A stretch of DNA of 64,000 nucleotides from Lingula anatina (Eukaryota; Animalia; Brachiopoda): assembly GCA_051362555.1 (NCBI GenBank), contig CM120640.1, positions 12,834,001 to 12,898,000 on the forward strand, in the 5' to 3' direction. Every line of letters begins with the position of its first letter. Position 1 is the stretch's first letter. A program made the translations under genes and the position numbers. This document shows, piece by piece, positions 51,101-64,000 of the stretch. The notes beneath the pieces were generated by a model that saw only the letters and a list, made by a program, of their open reading frames with translations, did not search any database and was not told the DNA's origin.

Positions 51101-54100
51101 GCATCTTATAAACTAGGTACAGAATCACTCTCTATATATTTTGCATAATCCCCCTTAAAGTCTTACTCATATTTTTGTTATATCATTGAAAAGTGCATAT
51201 TTTCTTTACTGTTCAGTATCGGCGTCGAAGCCCAAGGACTCAATATCCACCAGAGCTGATTGGAGACATATTGTGGGTAGAAGAGCAGGCCAGCAGCATG
51301 GTGAACTTTGCCCTCAGAAACATGACGTCTGCTCATGATCTGCTTCAGTTTCTGAGAATTGTGGACCAGAGTGCAGTGACCAGAGCATTTGGATGTGAAG
51401 GTATGTTTTTATGAAATGTGAAATATTAGAATTTTTCCCTATTTATTCCTTGCTTGTTTACTTTTAGGATAACATGTAATATAATGGTAGACATTTTTCC
51501 TTTGATTTGCAATTTTGTATATGTAAATGAATTTACATCCTGAATATTGAATTTTTTTCAGTTCCTGATGTGAACAAACTTTGTCGTCTGTACAACATTC
51601 TGTATAATGCAGATATCCAGGTGGAATTTGATTGTTTGATCAGAAATGATACGAGATACTGTGAGGATATTGTAAACAAGTTACAAGAGAAGCAACTCTA
51701 TAATGAGGCCAGAATATTTGCAGAAATATCAGGAGTTGCTAAAGACGAGATTACTATAAAGCAGGTAAGGCATAGCTTAGTCTGACTGTTGAAATGCAAG
51801 TGTACTACAAATTCACAAACCTTTTCATTTGATTAGGAGAGAGGAATTTGTTAGGATCTGGAATATTTACTAAATAAGACAGTCAAAAAGTGTTTGTTTG
51901 GGAACTAACTGCTGCATGGAGTTGATGTTTTGATTCAGTCATCATTTTCTTCCTCAGCTTCAAGTAGAACTGGCCAAGTTGCAACAGTCCAGTGTGTGGC
52001 AATCAGAACAAGGTCGGGTTGCATTCTGGAACCACTGTGATGAACTAATGAAGAAATATCAGATTGATGTGGACAAAGCAGCAGCATTTTTCAAGGTGAA
52101 TCTTCAGTGTGGAATTTACTGCTATTGTTTTAATAGTGTGTTTGTCTATAAAAGTTTTGGTAAAATAAAGGAATTAATGACTTAAGGATCAGAGCAGTGA
52201 TATCATGTATATTACTACCAGCGAGATTAAGCTCATTCAAGTAAAATGGTAGCAATGGATGTATCTGTTTAAGTTGTGGAGAGGGGTTTACAAAATGTAT
52301 GGGTTGGTAAATATGCAAAGTTCAGTTCATGGTAAAAAGAAGACAAAAGGCCAAGTTCAAGGTCACATTCAGATTGCCAGTACATGACTTGCTATTCACC
52401 TTTAATTGTGGGTGTATCTATGGGTGTATCTCTGCCAGTTTGGAAATATAAAGGCGGGAAAATGAGGAAAGCTTAAGTCGTGATGAAAAGTAGGTCAAAG
52501 GTCAAATTCAAGGTCACATTGATATTACCAATATATGACTTGCTGTTCAAGTTCATCAGTAAACAGGGGTGTATGTCTGCTAGTTTTGGAGTGTTTCACA
52601 TTTTACTTTGAAAAAATTTCAGCATTGAACATTGCAACATTTTACTTCTTGAAATACTGCAATTCCTAAACTGTATGTAAAACAAAAAATGGATATCACT
52701 TCCACTATTGCGCTTGACAAGCTCTACGCAGTGAAGCAAACAAGAGGTCTCTAGCTTTTATGGTTCCAGAATTAGAGTGAGTTTCATTTTTTGGCATCTG
52801 TTGGGTCCTGTAAAAATGCATCAATTGCCCCTAAACTCACAAAGATGAAAGCAGAACTCAAGTGGATGAGACAGGTCGAGACTAAAACCATGAGTACCAC
52901 CAGTGCGCATGCATGACATAGCTGAATTAAGATTCTTGATTGATAAGTTTTAACTTTAAAAATATCAAGTTAAAATATCCCTCCTGCTGCAACAAGCACT
53001 ATGTGATAAACATGTCTGCCCAGAAGACATACATATTTTCCATTTTCTCAATTTTAAAATTCTCAATGTAGGGTCAGGTAGAGTTGGCAGCAGGACATTG
53101 GGAGCAGGCTGTCTTGTGCCAGAGAGCACTCTGGTGGCTGCAGAACAATCGTTTGGAGCACCAGCTAACCATAGACAGACTGCAGCACATTTACTGGAAG
53201 TGTCGGGTACAGGTGCAACTACAGAATATGGAAGTAAGATACTTGTGAAAATAGTTTGCACCTTCAGGTGATATTTATTTATGTGGCTAATGGTATTGTT
53301 CAACTTCTGTGATAAGAAAACCTTACATTTTGGTTAACTTAATTCAATATAAATTGAAAATGTGACTAATGATTATGAAAAGTGGTTTCAGTTTTATTTC
53401 AGCTAAGATCTGCCAAAATTGTAGAAGAATTTTAAGTTCTTCTTATAAAAAAAGGGTTAAGGTCTGGAATTATATTTTTTGTTTCTTTTTATTTTAGGAA
53501 AAAGACGAAAATGGTATAGTTATTCCATCATTTGATATTGTAATGGCTCCACACAGGTCACAAGAAGCAGTTTTACAGCAGACAAAGAAAGAGCTGCTTG
53601 GTTTTGGGAAGATGCCTCGTAGTGAGCCCACCAAAATGACAGATTTATCTGCCAAGGTATTAACTTTCATTGATTTTACATACCCATCAAGCGTGTTTAT
53701 TTCTAGCTAAGGTGTGTGGTGTTAATTAAATTTGAAAAGCCACTATTTAAGATGTAACTTATTTAAGATGTAGTTCAAATGTGGAGAAAGTTAAAATAAA
53801 AACTTGACATATTTATTATAAGCCAAGTTACTTGTAACTAGCCAGTTGATAATTATTTTAGTATAATTTTTTTAATGGAAGTATAATAGTTAAACATGAG
53901 TATTTAGTTAAATATAATTTATTTTATTCCATTTTATTTTGATATGAGTGTTTATGTAAGCTATGTTTTATTCTTCCACAGGAGATAGGAGCCCTGGAAG
54001 CTCTGGTGGGCACACTGCTGGACAGTGGCCAGATTTCTGAGGCCAGTAGACTGGCCAGTCAGTTTGGATACTTCAGTCAAGACCTGGCCATTGTGGTGGT

Positions 54101-57100
54101 AGGTGGTCACTTGTTTGATGATGCATGCTTGTACTTAAGCAATGAGTAGAATGTTCAGTTCATGACTATAAAAGCTAAATGATTTAAATGGGAGTGAGAG
54201 AATTTATTTATATATAAAAAATTGACAATATTGAAATGGGGATTGGAGGGGATTTATAGTCCCGCAAGTGTTTGACTCGATGTGCTTTTCACCCGTCTCA
54301 TTATAACGTCCTGAAGGTGAAATGAGAACTACCCACTACATTATGAACAAGACTGCAGTTGAAGCAGAAAGTAAAATACTTCAGTTACTTGTCCAGTGTT
54401 TTAAAAACTTGAGCTTGTTAGCAATATTTGTACCTGTATAGATGAACTAACATAACCATTTACTATGTAGACCTGTTGACCTGAATACATATCAGTATAT
54501 ATGATACATTTACTCACAATTTTTCATTCATTCTTTCAAAAGTTAATCCCAGAAAAAGATACTTTCATAAACTTCTTATTTGATTACATTACAGAAAATA
54601 TCTAAATTAACTATTAAAATCAATAAGAAATGTCTTAATTGAAATTTTGATATAATTTTTTTCATTCAGACTTGCATGCGGTTAGCTCATGGAAATATTG
54701 CATCTGAGGATATAGATGAAAGTATGAAAGAACTGCTGAACAAAGAGACACCCAAACGGAAGTCCACCCTCCTCAGTAGACCTGGAAGTGGTATGTCAAT
54801 TGATATGCTGTACATCTGCTGCATTTTTAGTCTACTTTGTTGTTAAACAATATGTACAAAATTTGATTTTTCATCCTTTCCGTCTTTTCACATATTAAGA
54901 TGGTTATGTCATCATAAAGAAACATTGGAGTCTACAAAGCACTTAATTAAAAAACCACTAACCTTAATAACTTACCTAAAATAATTTGAATTGTTACAGG
55001 TACAAGTTTTGTCAGCCTTGATCCAGTTTCTGTGGAGATGAAAGGTATCTTAGCAACAATGGAGAAATTACAGCAGCATTGTAACCATGGGCAACAGTGC
55101 TGTCAGATGATATTGACAGCCTATAGAATATCACAGGTAATAGATAGGTTATTTGACTATTGTATTTGGTTTCCTTTTACTTTTTTGTGTTAATTGCTCT
55201 GATTTGCAAATAAATAATGGCATTAGTTTTATGAAAGCTGTTTATATTTTTAATCTGGTTTGCATTTGATTCATATAAATAAAACAAATATAACATACTG
55301 GAATATAAAGTACTATAAAGATGAATGGAAGATCTGTTGATTATAATTACTTCTAGTTGTTATAATTTGTTTTCCCCTCAGATGATTTCTAAATATAACT
55401 ATGAGCGTGTGATGGAAGAACCCCACTTCACCTTGCTTCACAGTTTACTAACATGTGAAAATGAAGAGAGATTCACTCTTGCCAAAACTTACATAGAGAC
55501 CAGTGGATTAGCAGACTCTGAGGTAAGAATGTGGTAGGATACTTTGAAAATCCAAGTACACCATTCTGCATTATGAAGATGATATTCCAGACATCGCAGA
55601 GGGCCTTATGCAAAAACTGATTTTATTTATTTATATAATGCCAAGAAGTTCCTTTTATTCCTAGACCCCTTTGTATTATTATCTGTTGTAATACTATAAT
55701 TGATATTTATTAATTTAAAACATTTGATATTTCTTGTTTTTTTTTAGCTCTGTGTTTTTCTTGCTGACCAGATCCTCTATTCACTGAGGGTGCTGACTGG
55801 AGCGAGCTCTGATGATGAAAGCTCCATACCACGAAGTGGCAGTGAACTGATTGTGAAGCCCTCCAGTTCCACGACAGTGTTTCCATCATTGATTGACCTG
55901 TGTGGAGACCCCTCACTACTGGGAAGCTGCTTGCTTGATGCTGCTAAAGCACTGGGAAGTGACACAGATTTGTCTTCTAAAGGTAACATGGTACACTTTG
56001 GTCATCAAAGATCATTAAAAAGCAGAATTTTTCAAACATTTTCTTAAAATTATGTGGGTATTTGAAGAAAGACATATCTGTTATACATACCAATTAAACA
56101 GAGTCTATACAGGCATTTAGCTATAGATTTATTGTATGATATGATTTAATTGTAATTATTTATTGATTTTATTGTAATTTTCTGTAGAATTGGCCTTGGA
56201 AGTCGAGTTGTTAGTAAGGGCCCATCACTGCTTCACAAAAGCCTGCAAGATGGAAGGTATTGCTAACATATTACGTTCAGCCAGAGTCCTGTCAGAGAGG
56301 CTTGCAAAAGCAGAGGAGTTTACACTCATGGTAAGTTCAAGCCAATATGACTGCACATCAGATTAGGTCAGTGCCATTGTTTTAGAGTGACAAAAATGAA
56401 GTAAAATTGTCCACACCATTATGACATTTACACAGGCAGTTATTCCAATCTACTTAAATATAATCATCAAGTTATAAGAAATTTGCATGACTTTTGAACA
56501 GGGTGCCTTAAAATAGTAATAACAACTTATCTTTTGATATTTGTTATAGTTGAGACTCCTCACTGGTGTTGGTCGCTTCAGTGAGATGACATACGTGTTT
56601 GACATCTTGTGGCAGCATCATCAGTTTGAGCTGCTCTTCAGGAAGGGCATGGAAAAGGTAAGGAAAATTTATCTCTGACTTATCAGTGACTCCAGTTTTA
56701 GAGCACAGATAATGTTGTGTTTTGTGCACAACTAAGATAATCTTATTGATTCATGATAAGTGCCATAGCTTGGAAAGCAAAATTGTATTTAAAACTTTTA
56801 AAAATACAAAACAAAAATTTTCTGGTTGTGTTCTTAGATTATTTAGTTTTAGATTGATAAATATACTGATCATATAGATTTGTAAGCTTACTACTGCCAT
56901 TGACCTTGTTTTCCTGTTTAGATTTATCTGTTAATGCACAAAGTTGAGTCTTGTGTAACTGCTGTTAAGACCTCTCATCACAGGATTACATTGCATACAG
57001 CTTGATACATACTATCAAATGATATATACAATCTGCAATGTAGGTGACTGGTCTAAGAGGGTTAAATGTAGATTTTCTAGTAGAATTATTAAGTCAAGAA

Positions 57101-57313
57101 GAATGCAAAATAGGGCACCTTGTGCCCCATTGTGTCTCCTGAATTAAAATAAGTAAATTGGGAATTCATGTCTCATGAAAAACTTTTTAAAAAGTATAAA
57201 TTAATGTTTTAGATAATTATTAATTTATTTATATATTTCATCTTCAAACATTTTACAAGACTTGTAGCTTTTTGGGATCTTGTTCCTTTTTGGGGGGCAT
57301 GGGGACACACCCA

Positions 57314-57357
<44 letters not shown>

Positions 57358-60300
57358 TGGCACGTCTGCTTTTAGTTGAACTCCTTTACTGACACATTTA
57401 TATTTCATTTTCTGATGGTATATGGCCAATAAATCTTAATTTTCAACCTGAGCTTAATGTAAATAGTGGTTAACCTTATTTACAGACATTATACTTATGC
57501 TGTATATTCTACTCAACCCCTATTTGTAAAGGAAATCTCAAAATGTTATACATTGAATTAGAAGACATGGTTAAAAGCAGCTATCAAAGCCCATGTTCAA
57601 ATCACAGTTACATTTTCTCTTATCATCTCTTATATTTTTTTCTCGAGTATTTTCTAGAAATCACTTTTCTGAAGAATTCTCTTTTCAAAGTTTTGAATGC
57701 AAAAATAACTTTAAAATGTCTGTCAAATCCATATTTTCCTATTTTTATATAGAAAAAATATGAATGTTGAAATAATCTTTTATTTATCATGTTCTCCCAC
57801 ATGAAGTAAAATGCCCCTTATTCTGCAGATGAGATACCTGCAGGCTTTTAAAAATTGTATGTGTAAACTTTTAACCTCATTAAAGTTTCTTCCTTTTCAC
57901 TCATACATTTTTGATCTAGACATTGATTTAGCGAACTGGCACAAAGTGCAAAATCAGTAAATATATGCAGTAGTTATCTACTATCAAAACAAGACATCAC
58001 TATTATTTACAGAAATTTGTAAGTGTCCTCATCCTTTCTATCTGACATATTTGTTCACCCTATGATTGCCACCCTTTTCAAATGTTTTTGTTCAATGCCT
58101 GTATATAGCTAGCTTTGCTTTCTAGTTTCTTTTTCAAAATTCAAGTCAATATTGTAGACATGTAGATAAAATATACAGTTATGTATACATATAATTATTC
58201 TGTTTTACATGCTTCTATTGTATATGGAATTGTGTCTTCTCATATCTTACAGTTTTCTAGGACAGCTTCCATTTTAGAGCAAGAGCATTTTGGCAGTGTT
58301 CTCTGAAATAAATAAACTGTAATAGCAGCTAATAACTATGTTTTTTCAATCTACCAGGGCCACCATTTGTAAAACTGGTTTTTAAGGACTGAAGGGGTGG
58401 AAATGTATCCACACTTTTAAGTTTGAAAAGAATTGTGTATATGTAAAAGTGGATTAATCATGAAATTTGTCAGTGTGTTTTGATCACATTTTGACAGCTT
58501 TTATCACATATGTAAGAGGCTTGCCAATTCAAACTTTTTAGACATATGTTGCTTGTAAACTATTTTGATCTCTTTGGTATGTACATAACAGGGTGATATC
58601 AAGGTACAACAAGATAACAAGATATAACCAAGTTACAGAAAGTTTAAATGGCAACTTATTTGACTAAGTACCACATTAGGAGTTCAGAATTTTAGTGCAC
58701 ATGTTGTGAATGGTGGACCTAAAAATGAGCTTTTATGAAAACATTTTAAACATATTCCTGATAAAGTTTATATTTTAAAAATGTAATTATGTGAAAAGGT
58801 ATTTATGGACAGTGTGCTTAGCAGTACACCAGCTGGTACCTTTGCTTGTTCTTTGCTATATTTTTGCTAGGAATGTTTAAAAAAATTGTCAAAACCTCTT
58901 GTCTTATAATTTGCTTTTGAATCAAAATGTATGAAATTCTGGCTTAAACATTTCCATCTATTGCTTTTTAAACAGTTAAATTAATTTTCTTTTTTTGTGA
59001 CATATTAAAACTTATTTCATTTGACATATCTCTCTTGATATTTTACAGGCAGTAGGGTTTGCAATAAAGGTACTTGTGAATACTTATTGTGACATTGTAT
59101 AATTCCTCATAAGATACCTGTAACTTTTTATGATTTACAATTCCCATCTGTAAACACTCCACCTTTGCATTTGATGTTTACCATTCCACAAAACCTTACC
59201 TCAACCTGTTTATTGTAATTTAAACAATATTTGCCTGAACTGGTGTCATAGTGAACATAATGAGGGCCAGCCATTTGCTATTCATGTTTGTCAGTACTGA
59301 AGCCTCTATACTGGAAGAAAAAAGTGATGCCTAGTGAAGGAGTGAAATGAATTTTAATGTTTCTTTTGTTATGACCATTTATATAGTAAAATTAAGGTTG
59401 TTCAAGTTTCAGTTTTCAGTATTTGAATCTATTGTTTATTCTTTACTAACTTAACAGAACAACAACTAAAATGAGAGTTGGTATTCAAAAATTTGTGGAG
59501 TATATAACAATTCTGCTATACTCTGCAGTATCCAAGAAAGCTCATTTTTTGTCATGAAAAGAATGGCCAGTATCTGAATATAAACAATATGGGACCAGTT
59601 GACATATAAGCTTGTAAAACCGTGTTTATAAATGAGTTTAAAGCAATCTATTCTCAGCTTTTGAATGGTATTCCAGGAAGACAAGCTCCGCCTTGCCATT
59701 TTGGAGTACCTGAAACGCTACCACCCAACTGACAATGATACATATACCATGGTGTCTCTCCATTTTACCATGTACAGAGAGATTGCACAGATGTTGGAGG
59801 AAAGAGCCAGGAAACAGCTAAAACAGTGGATATCAAAACATTTAGGTCAGTATTTTGTCACCTCGCATACATCTATCTGCAAATTTAAGTCTACTTATTT
59901 CCACTATCATTGCCGCATCATGGCAATAAAAGTGTTAGATTTCAAAATTTGATTAAAAATAACAATGATGTGCTAATGGTGTGGCAGTAGTATGTCTTTT
60001 TATCTCCCACAATGGAGCATTAGTTATGCATTCATTGGATGTTTATTTTAATAGTTAGTGAGAAATTTGTGTTTTGTAAGGGACCATTCCCACAGATATT
60101 TGGATTGATCTTTCTCCCTGGGGAGTCCCACTAAATTGCTATCAACTTGACCAGCTGAAATGTTTGATATACCTAGTAAAGCTGTTCTTGGGGGGTAATT
60201 ATCTTTACCCTAGCTGATTCGGTAGGCGTGACAGACATTAAAGCCGGTTAAGTTGATAGCAATTTAGTGAGACTCCCCAGGGAGTTAGACCGATCCAGAT

Positions 60301-61760
60301 GGATTGATCTAGGCATGGGAACCCTGTCTTAGTTTTTATTTATTGTTTCAGACAACAGCCCAGATAATGAGAACAAACTGAAGGAGATAATACAGTTATA
60401 TTCAGATGCTGCTGAGAGCTATCTAAAGGTAAACAAAGAGTTTGATGTGCACAGTAATCAGTGAGTTCAGGCACTGTAAAGATATGAATTATTCTGTTTT
60501 AAAAAGAGTGACAAATTAACTTAACACCAAATCAAGTCCAAGTTAAAATTTGGTCTGACTGTAGCTGCAGAGTGCAGGCCTTTTTTAGTCTGATATGTCA
60601 TACAGCAAATTTAACCAGACAAGCTATACTCTTTCAACATTTCTTGAGATTGGATAATTTTTTTTTTGCATGTAAATTATTTCAATAGATAAAGCTTTGA
60701 AAAAACTTTTTTCCAAATGTGATCATCTTTAAAACAAATTTTCCTACTTGTTCATTTTGAATTGTTATAAAGCTATGATGGGTAATATGGGTAATATCGC
60801 AATTCTATCCCAGGAGGATTGCTTGCGCCATGCACAGAGCTGTGTAAAGCAGGCTCAGTTGGTGGCTCTGCAGATGCATCTCTTGCCCTCTGGTACAAAA
60901 GTGATTAACCTACACACTGAGGATGTGACCAAATTCATCACAACTCACAACAAGTTTTATGAGGTAGGTGCTGAAATATAAGACACAATGTCTCAAGAAA
61001 AATGAACAAATATCAGGTTTGTTAGACCAAGTGTGTAGTTTAAGTGCCCTCTAACATGTTTATATTGTTGATATAATAGAGATATTATGATATAAGAATG
61101 TAGGAATTGAAAAATAACAAGTTTATTCAACATAACAATAGAGATATGTTTTTTCTGTTAGTCCTACATAGTGGCAGAGGCCTACAACTGCAAGAATATC
61201 TGGCCTTCAGCCTTGTTCCAGCATGTAATAATCAATGGAGACTTGAAATATCTCCAGGACTACAAGGCACACATAGGACTCAACACAGCAGTGATACTGG
61301 AGGTGGCTGACAGGTTGGTCATTCTGTAGAAATAACCAGTTTCACTATCTGTGTGTCCATCTGACATTTTTACCAAAATTTCAAATTTACATTGTTATTT
61401 TTTTTTTAAATTGAACTTTTGAATGTTTTATTATAAGATGACATTTAGAAGTATTTTTTTCTGTTCACTACACAAGTTGTGATTTATATGTTATAGCAAA
61501 TGAAAATAAGGTAATTGTGTGCATCCTTTAATAAGCAAACGTTTTGATGACCATACTGTAGATTTCATTATTCCAGGTACAGACGTGAAGGCAGTAAAAA
61601 TGGCAGCAGTGCCAGTAACATGAAGAGGCTACTGGAGAGCTGCAAAGACATTGTCACCAAGTTCAAAGTGGCACAAGAATTTGCATTTGATGATATGTGG
61701 AAGGGCTTGTTAAAAGGAGACTCTGGGCCATATTTGCAAGATGTTATGGGCAGCAGATGA
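28471..61760 (+). CDS. SPG11: Spatacsin (SPG11), complete, 44 coding exons
   Basis: Exons: 28471-28667, 29000-29109, 29398-29478, 29792-30022, 30249-30972, 31201-31321, 31637-31787, 31972-32162, 32529-32655, 32917-33143, 33447-33620, 40299-40507, 40788-40993, 41382-41604, 41828-42037, 42315-42421, 42763-42908, 43182-43413, 43778-43949, 44374-44506, 44728-44821, 48195-48303, 48719-48878, 49171-49375, 49673-49929, 50370-50567, 50874-50981, 51217-51400, 51562-51764, 51958-52095, 53072-53233, 53498-53656, 53982-54098, 54670-54790, 55000-55136, 55382-55522, 55748-55982, 56188-56330, 56550-56657, 59677-59845, 60352-60428, 60814-60963, 61162-61313, 61577-61760 (TGA). Spatacsin-like peptides: DTLCRLNSWDRCSIPIHALEVGLKHRQLDTVAFFLKSREN, LPHFS...YYLKHGRPSFAF, YLLECAKDDHW, ELLVRAHHCFTKACKMEGI, LRLLTGVGRFSEMTYVFDIL, QAQLVALQMH. 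Confidence 0.95.
30023..30248 (+). other. U12-type (minor spliceosome) GT-AG intron, SPG11 intron 4
   Basis: 5' site GTATCCTTTT. Branch point CCTTAAC at 30229-30235, about 13 nt before the 3' AG, with no strong polypyrimidine tract. Splicing keeps the frame (ATT G|CT TTC). Confidence 0.88.
34484..37541 (-). CDS. SLC46A-family MFS transporter (PCFT/SLC46A1- or SLC46A3-like), nested antisense in SPG11 intron 11
   Basis: Minus-strand exons 37541-36815, 36581-36043, 35757-35616, 35196-35113, 34857-34701, 34550-34484 (TGA), GT-AG and phase-consistent. SLC46 motifs: ITVEPFMFLY, GAYSDKAGRK, CFSYIADIS, LYVLNLPFCWTSEKIGWY, LRAAMSQLVTHHEQGALFA, NSIYAATV. An acceptor just upstream of the ATG (about 37555) implies a non-coding first exon further right. 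Confidence 0.92.
39113..39195. repeat. Compound (TA)n(CA)n microsatellite
   Basis: Direct reading. Confidence 0.95.
39561..39796 (-). mobile_element. Helentron-associated non-autonomous element (HINE/DINE-like)
   Basis: Subterminal inverted repeat ACCTCTGCCAAG / CTTGGCGGAGGT, (ACAG/ACAA)n microsatellite, GATCCGGATC palindrome and a short terminal stem-loop. Confidence 0.75.
40508..40787 (+). other. GC-AG intron in SPG11
   Basis: The donor AG|GCAAGC is the best phase-2 donor for the phase-2 acceptor at 40787. The nearby GT at 40501 is phase 1. Confidence 0.7.
45325..46697. mobile_element. Kolobok-like non-autonomous element nested in the hAT-like element
   Basis: TTAA at 45321-45324 and 46698-46701; TIR GGTAGATCGATCGTTAC / GTAACGACCGATCTACC. 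Confidence 0.85.
46282..46672. repeat. Two diverged tandem copies of a unit of about 200 bp within the nested element
   Basis: AAAACACCCATTTTCCCA..GACTAGTGCG..GCAGGGTGTA..TAGTTCTCTTATTTGGTCG.TGACCCC..AATGTACTTGG..AAAAAATTCGAAC occurs twice. Confidence 0.85.
48061..48143. repeat. (AT)n microsatellite flanking the transposon (partner tract at 44955-44982)
   Basis: Direct reading. Confidence 0.95.
52320..52750. mobile_element. Degenerate Helentron/HINE-like element with two core repeats of about 150 bp
   Basis: AAGG(C/T)CAA(G/A)TTCAAGGTCACATT...ATGACTTGCT.TTCA...GGGTGTAT.TCTGC.AGTTTTGGA repeated at about 52347 and 52498. Confidence 0.6.
56965..57065. mobile_element. Short degenerate piggyBac-like MITE
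   Basis: TTAA..CCTCT..TACATTGCA on the left and TGCAATGTA..AGAGGGTTAA on the right; the left end is degenerate. Confidence 0.4.
57318..57351. repeat. (CA)n microsatellite
   Basis: Direct reading. Confidence 0.95.
59049..59069 (+). CDS. Candidate 21-nt in-frame microexon of SPG11 (AVGFAIK)
   Basis: ttttacag|GCAGTAGGGTTTGCAATAAAG|gtactt, phase 0/0, inside a phase-0 intron of about 3 kb. Confidence 0.4.
60087..60321. mobile_element. Palindromic MITE
   Basis: Arm CTCCCTGGGGAGTCCCACTAAATTGCTATCAACTTGACC pairs with GGTTAAGTTGATAGCAATTTAGTGAGACTCCCCAGGGAG. Confidence 0.8.
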
Positions 61761-61794
61761 CTATACTCAAATTTTCATTTATTTGTAATCAAAC

Positions 61795-61800
61795 AATAAA
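61795..61800 (+). terminator. Candidate SPG11 polyadenylation signal
   Basis: AATAAA 35 nt after the stop; a second one at about 62155. Confidence 0.45.
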
Positions 61801-63645
61801 ATAAGCCCTGTTATGAATATGTTTCATCTATGAGTAAGTAAGTGAGTAAGACTATGACATCATTCTGCAAAGATTATTGCCCAGTTATTGCAAATTTTGC
61901 CAATGAAAACTGTGATATGAATCTAATGAAACCAAGTTGTATGAAAATTGCTTTGATCAAGATAAATGGAAATGGTGCCTATTGCATTATGTAAATTCAT
62001 CAAAAGCTCCTATTCAAAAAGTTATATGTTAGATAGAGGATATATTTTCAAAATTCACCTTGCCAGACTTTCAGTTATAATTTTTTTCTGGGCTGTTTTC
62101 CTTTGTATGATCATTCCTTTGTATGGAAAACATGAATAAACTAAGTTTATTAACTATTATCAATTACACCTGGGCCCTTTTTCAACAAGGACTACTAATT
62201 TAACTACATGTACTGCCATTAATGCTAAATTTGGAGACCTAACTAAAGTCAAGATTTACCCTATAATTAGGTGAAAAAAAGACGTGATAAATCAGCTCTG
62301 TTCCTCATTTCTCAAGTATTTTATTATCCTCCTCTCTCAAGCTTTCTTTTTATCTACAATACTAGATGAGGCAGACCACATTGGTGTATTGGGGACTATG
62401 AATTACTACAAAATATAATTTTCGGGTAATTAACATCCCAGTAAAAGGGCTTTCTTTACAGAATGTTATGTATTTGTCATTATTGAATAATATTAAAGGA
62501 AATCAAAACCTGAAAGAGTCCTGCACTCCCATAAGCTTAAAAAAAGTTTTAAGAATACCCCTTCAAAGTTTTTAGTAATATTTGGCACTTGTGGATGACA
62601 TATTCTCTGTGCCAAAGGTTTTATTACAGGACTTAGAAGGATAAAAAGAATGCTGAACTTTAAAAAAGTATGCTTAAAGATGATTAAGTCTCAGTTCTTT
62701 AATATGGGTTTGAAATAGGGGTAATATAGAATTCATAAGTCAAACTTGATGCTTTTTACATACAGACTGTATATGTCTGTATATAATCTGATCAGTGTCT
62801 GTCCCTGTTGTTGCTGTTGCCAAATGTTCATCCTATTGCTGCCAAACCAAACTTTTATTTTACTTAAAATTTACAGTGTGACATGGTTTGAAAATTGGCA
62901 GGAATTGAATAAATTACATAATATACTGGGCTTGGGGAGATTATGATGTGCTTTTCAGATTATGGTGTTTTTAGGTCAGATTGATGTATAAGAAAGATAT
63001 TCTGGTGATGAAATTCTTACTGTTTTTGATGCTATCGTGCACCTCAAGCAAAACTAACAATTGTTATCTCAGCCTGCTTGGGAAAATGTGCTCTTTATTG
63101 ATCCTCCTGTTATCTTAATGATACCCCTGTAATAGTGAAAATAATCCTATTTTGCGTCACAAGCCCAACTGTGCTGATCTTTATCTTGCACTGTTGGCAT
63201 GTAGTGCTCAGGTTAAGATGTCTACTGGGATCTCTGATCAGTGGCCCACAGAGATGAAAAATTTTTTTTATCAAAGCAGATAATTGTCAATTTCTAGTAG
63301 TGCCCAAGTGTCAGCCAGAGGTGTAGAATGGCTTATGCTCTGCAGAGCAAAGACTGCGACAAGAACTGCATCTTAAAAAGAAAGCAAAATGTTAGTTCTA
63401 TAATTACCTCCAAAAATGGATATGTCTTTATTGGCTCCAATAGCTCTTACTATAGGAATCACTTAAATGTATTTATATGCTTCTTACTGTGTATCAGTAT
63501 ATATAGAGAATACTTTGTATTTGAAAAGATCAGAGATAGCTGATATGCTTTCCCTATCGCTGTTCAACGCCCCATAACTGTGAAACTATTTTGGTAAAGA
63601 AGCAGGTTGCTTTAGACAATCAGCATGATTGCTTTACATTTACCT

Positions 63646-63648
<3 letters not shown>

Positions 63649-63684
<36 letters not shown>
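63649..63684. repeat. Poly(T) tract
   Basis: Direct reading. Confidence 0.9.
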
Positions 63685-63687
<3 letters not shown>

Positions 63688-64000
63688 CAATTTTGATGAT
63701 GCTTGCCTCATATTTAAGTGACAAACCATATTTCTGTTTCCTTTTAAGGTAATAATTTTTTTTTTTGCATGTATTTTGTTGATGTTTCTTCCTCTTTGGT
63801 GTCTGTATATATTCCAGCTTTGCTGTTTAGTTCAAACTGTAAGAGGTATGGACACTGAAATGAACACTGACCAGCTTTCAGTTCATAGCACAAGAGCCAC
63901 TGCTACAGTTAAAGATAAGATCAAATGTGTCCCACTTATAACAATTTACATAATATGTTTCCATAATTTAAATAATTAATTCCCTCAATTTAAATTATTT

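Noticed and set aside
61800-64000. Short ORFs downstream of SPG11
   Set aside because: No coherent exons or motifs; probably UTR or intergenic sequence.

Overview
Intron-rich animal genomic DNA, AT-rich and microsatellite-laden. The repeat types suggest a lophotrochozoan such as a mollusc; this is inference. By reading splice sites by hand I assembled four protein-coding genes. (1) The 3' part of a neuron navigator (NAV2/unc-53/sickie family) gene: + strand, 14 exons, 1849-19803. (2) A compact, divergent 3-exon non-RD protein kinase gene: +, 23218-25209. (3) A complete spatacsin (SPG11) gene: +, 44 coding exons, 28471-61760. (4) An SLC46A-family MFS transporter nested antisense in SPG11 intron 11: -, 6 coding exons, 34484-37541. 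Splicing points of note are a duplicated alternative NAV exon, a U12-type minor intron and a GC-AG intron in SPG11, and a candidate 21-nt microexon. Introns and intergenic DNA hold non-autonomous DNA transposons (two TTAA/Kolobok-like, CAG-ended elements with 5-bp or other odd-length TSDs, nested insertions), Helentron-like HINEs, palindromic MITEs and RTE LINE fragments. Most of the ORF track is noise. I see no clearly new multi-gene system; the orphan-like kinase and the NAV duplicate exon are the best leads.
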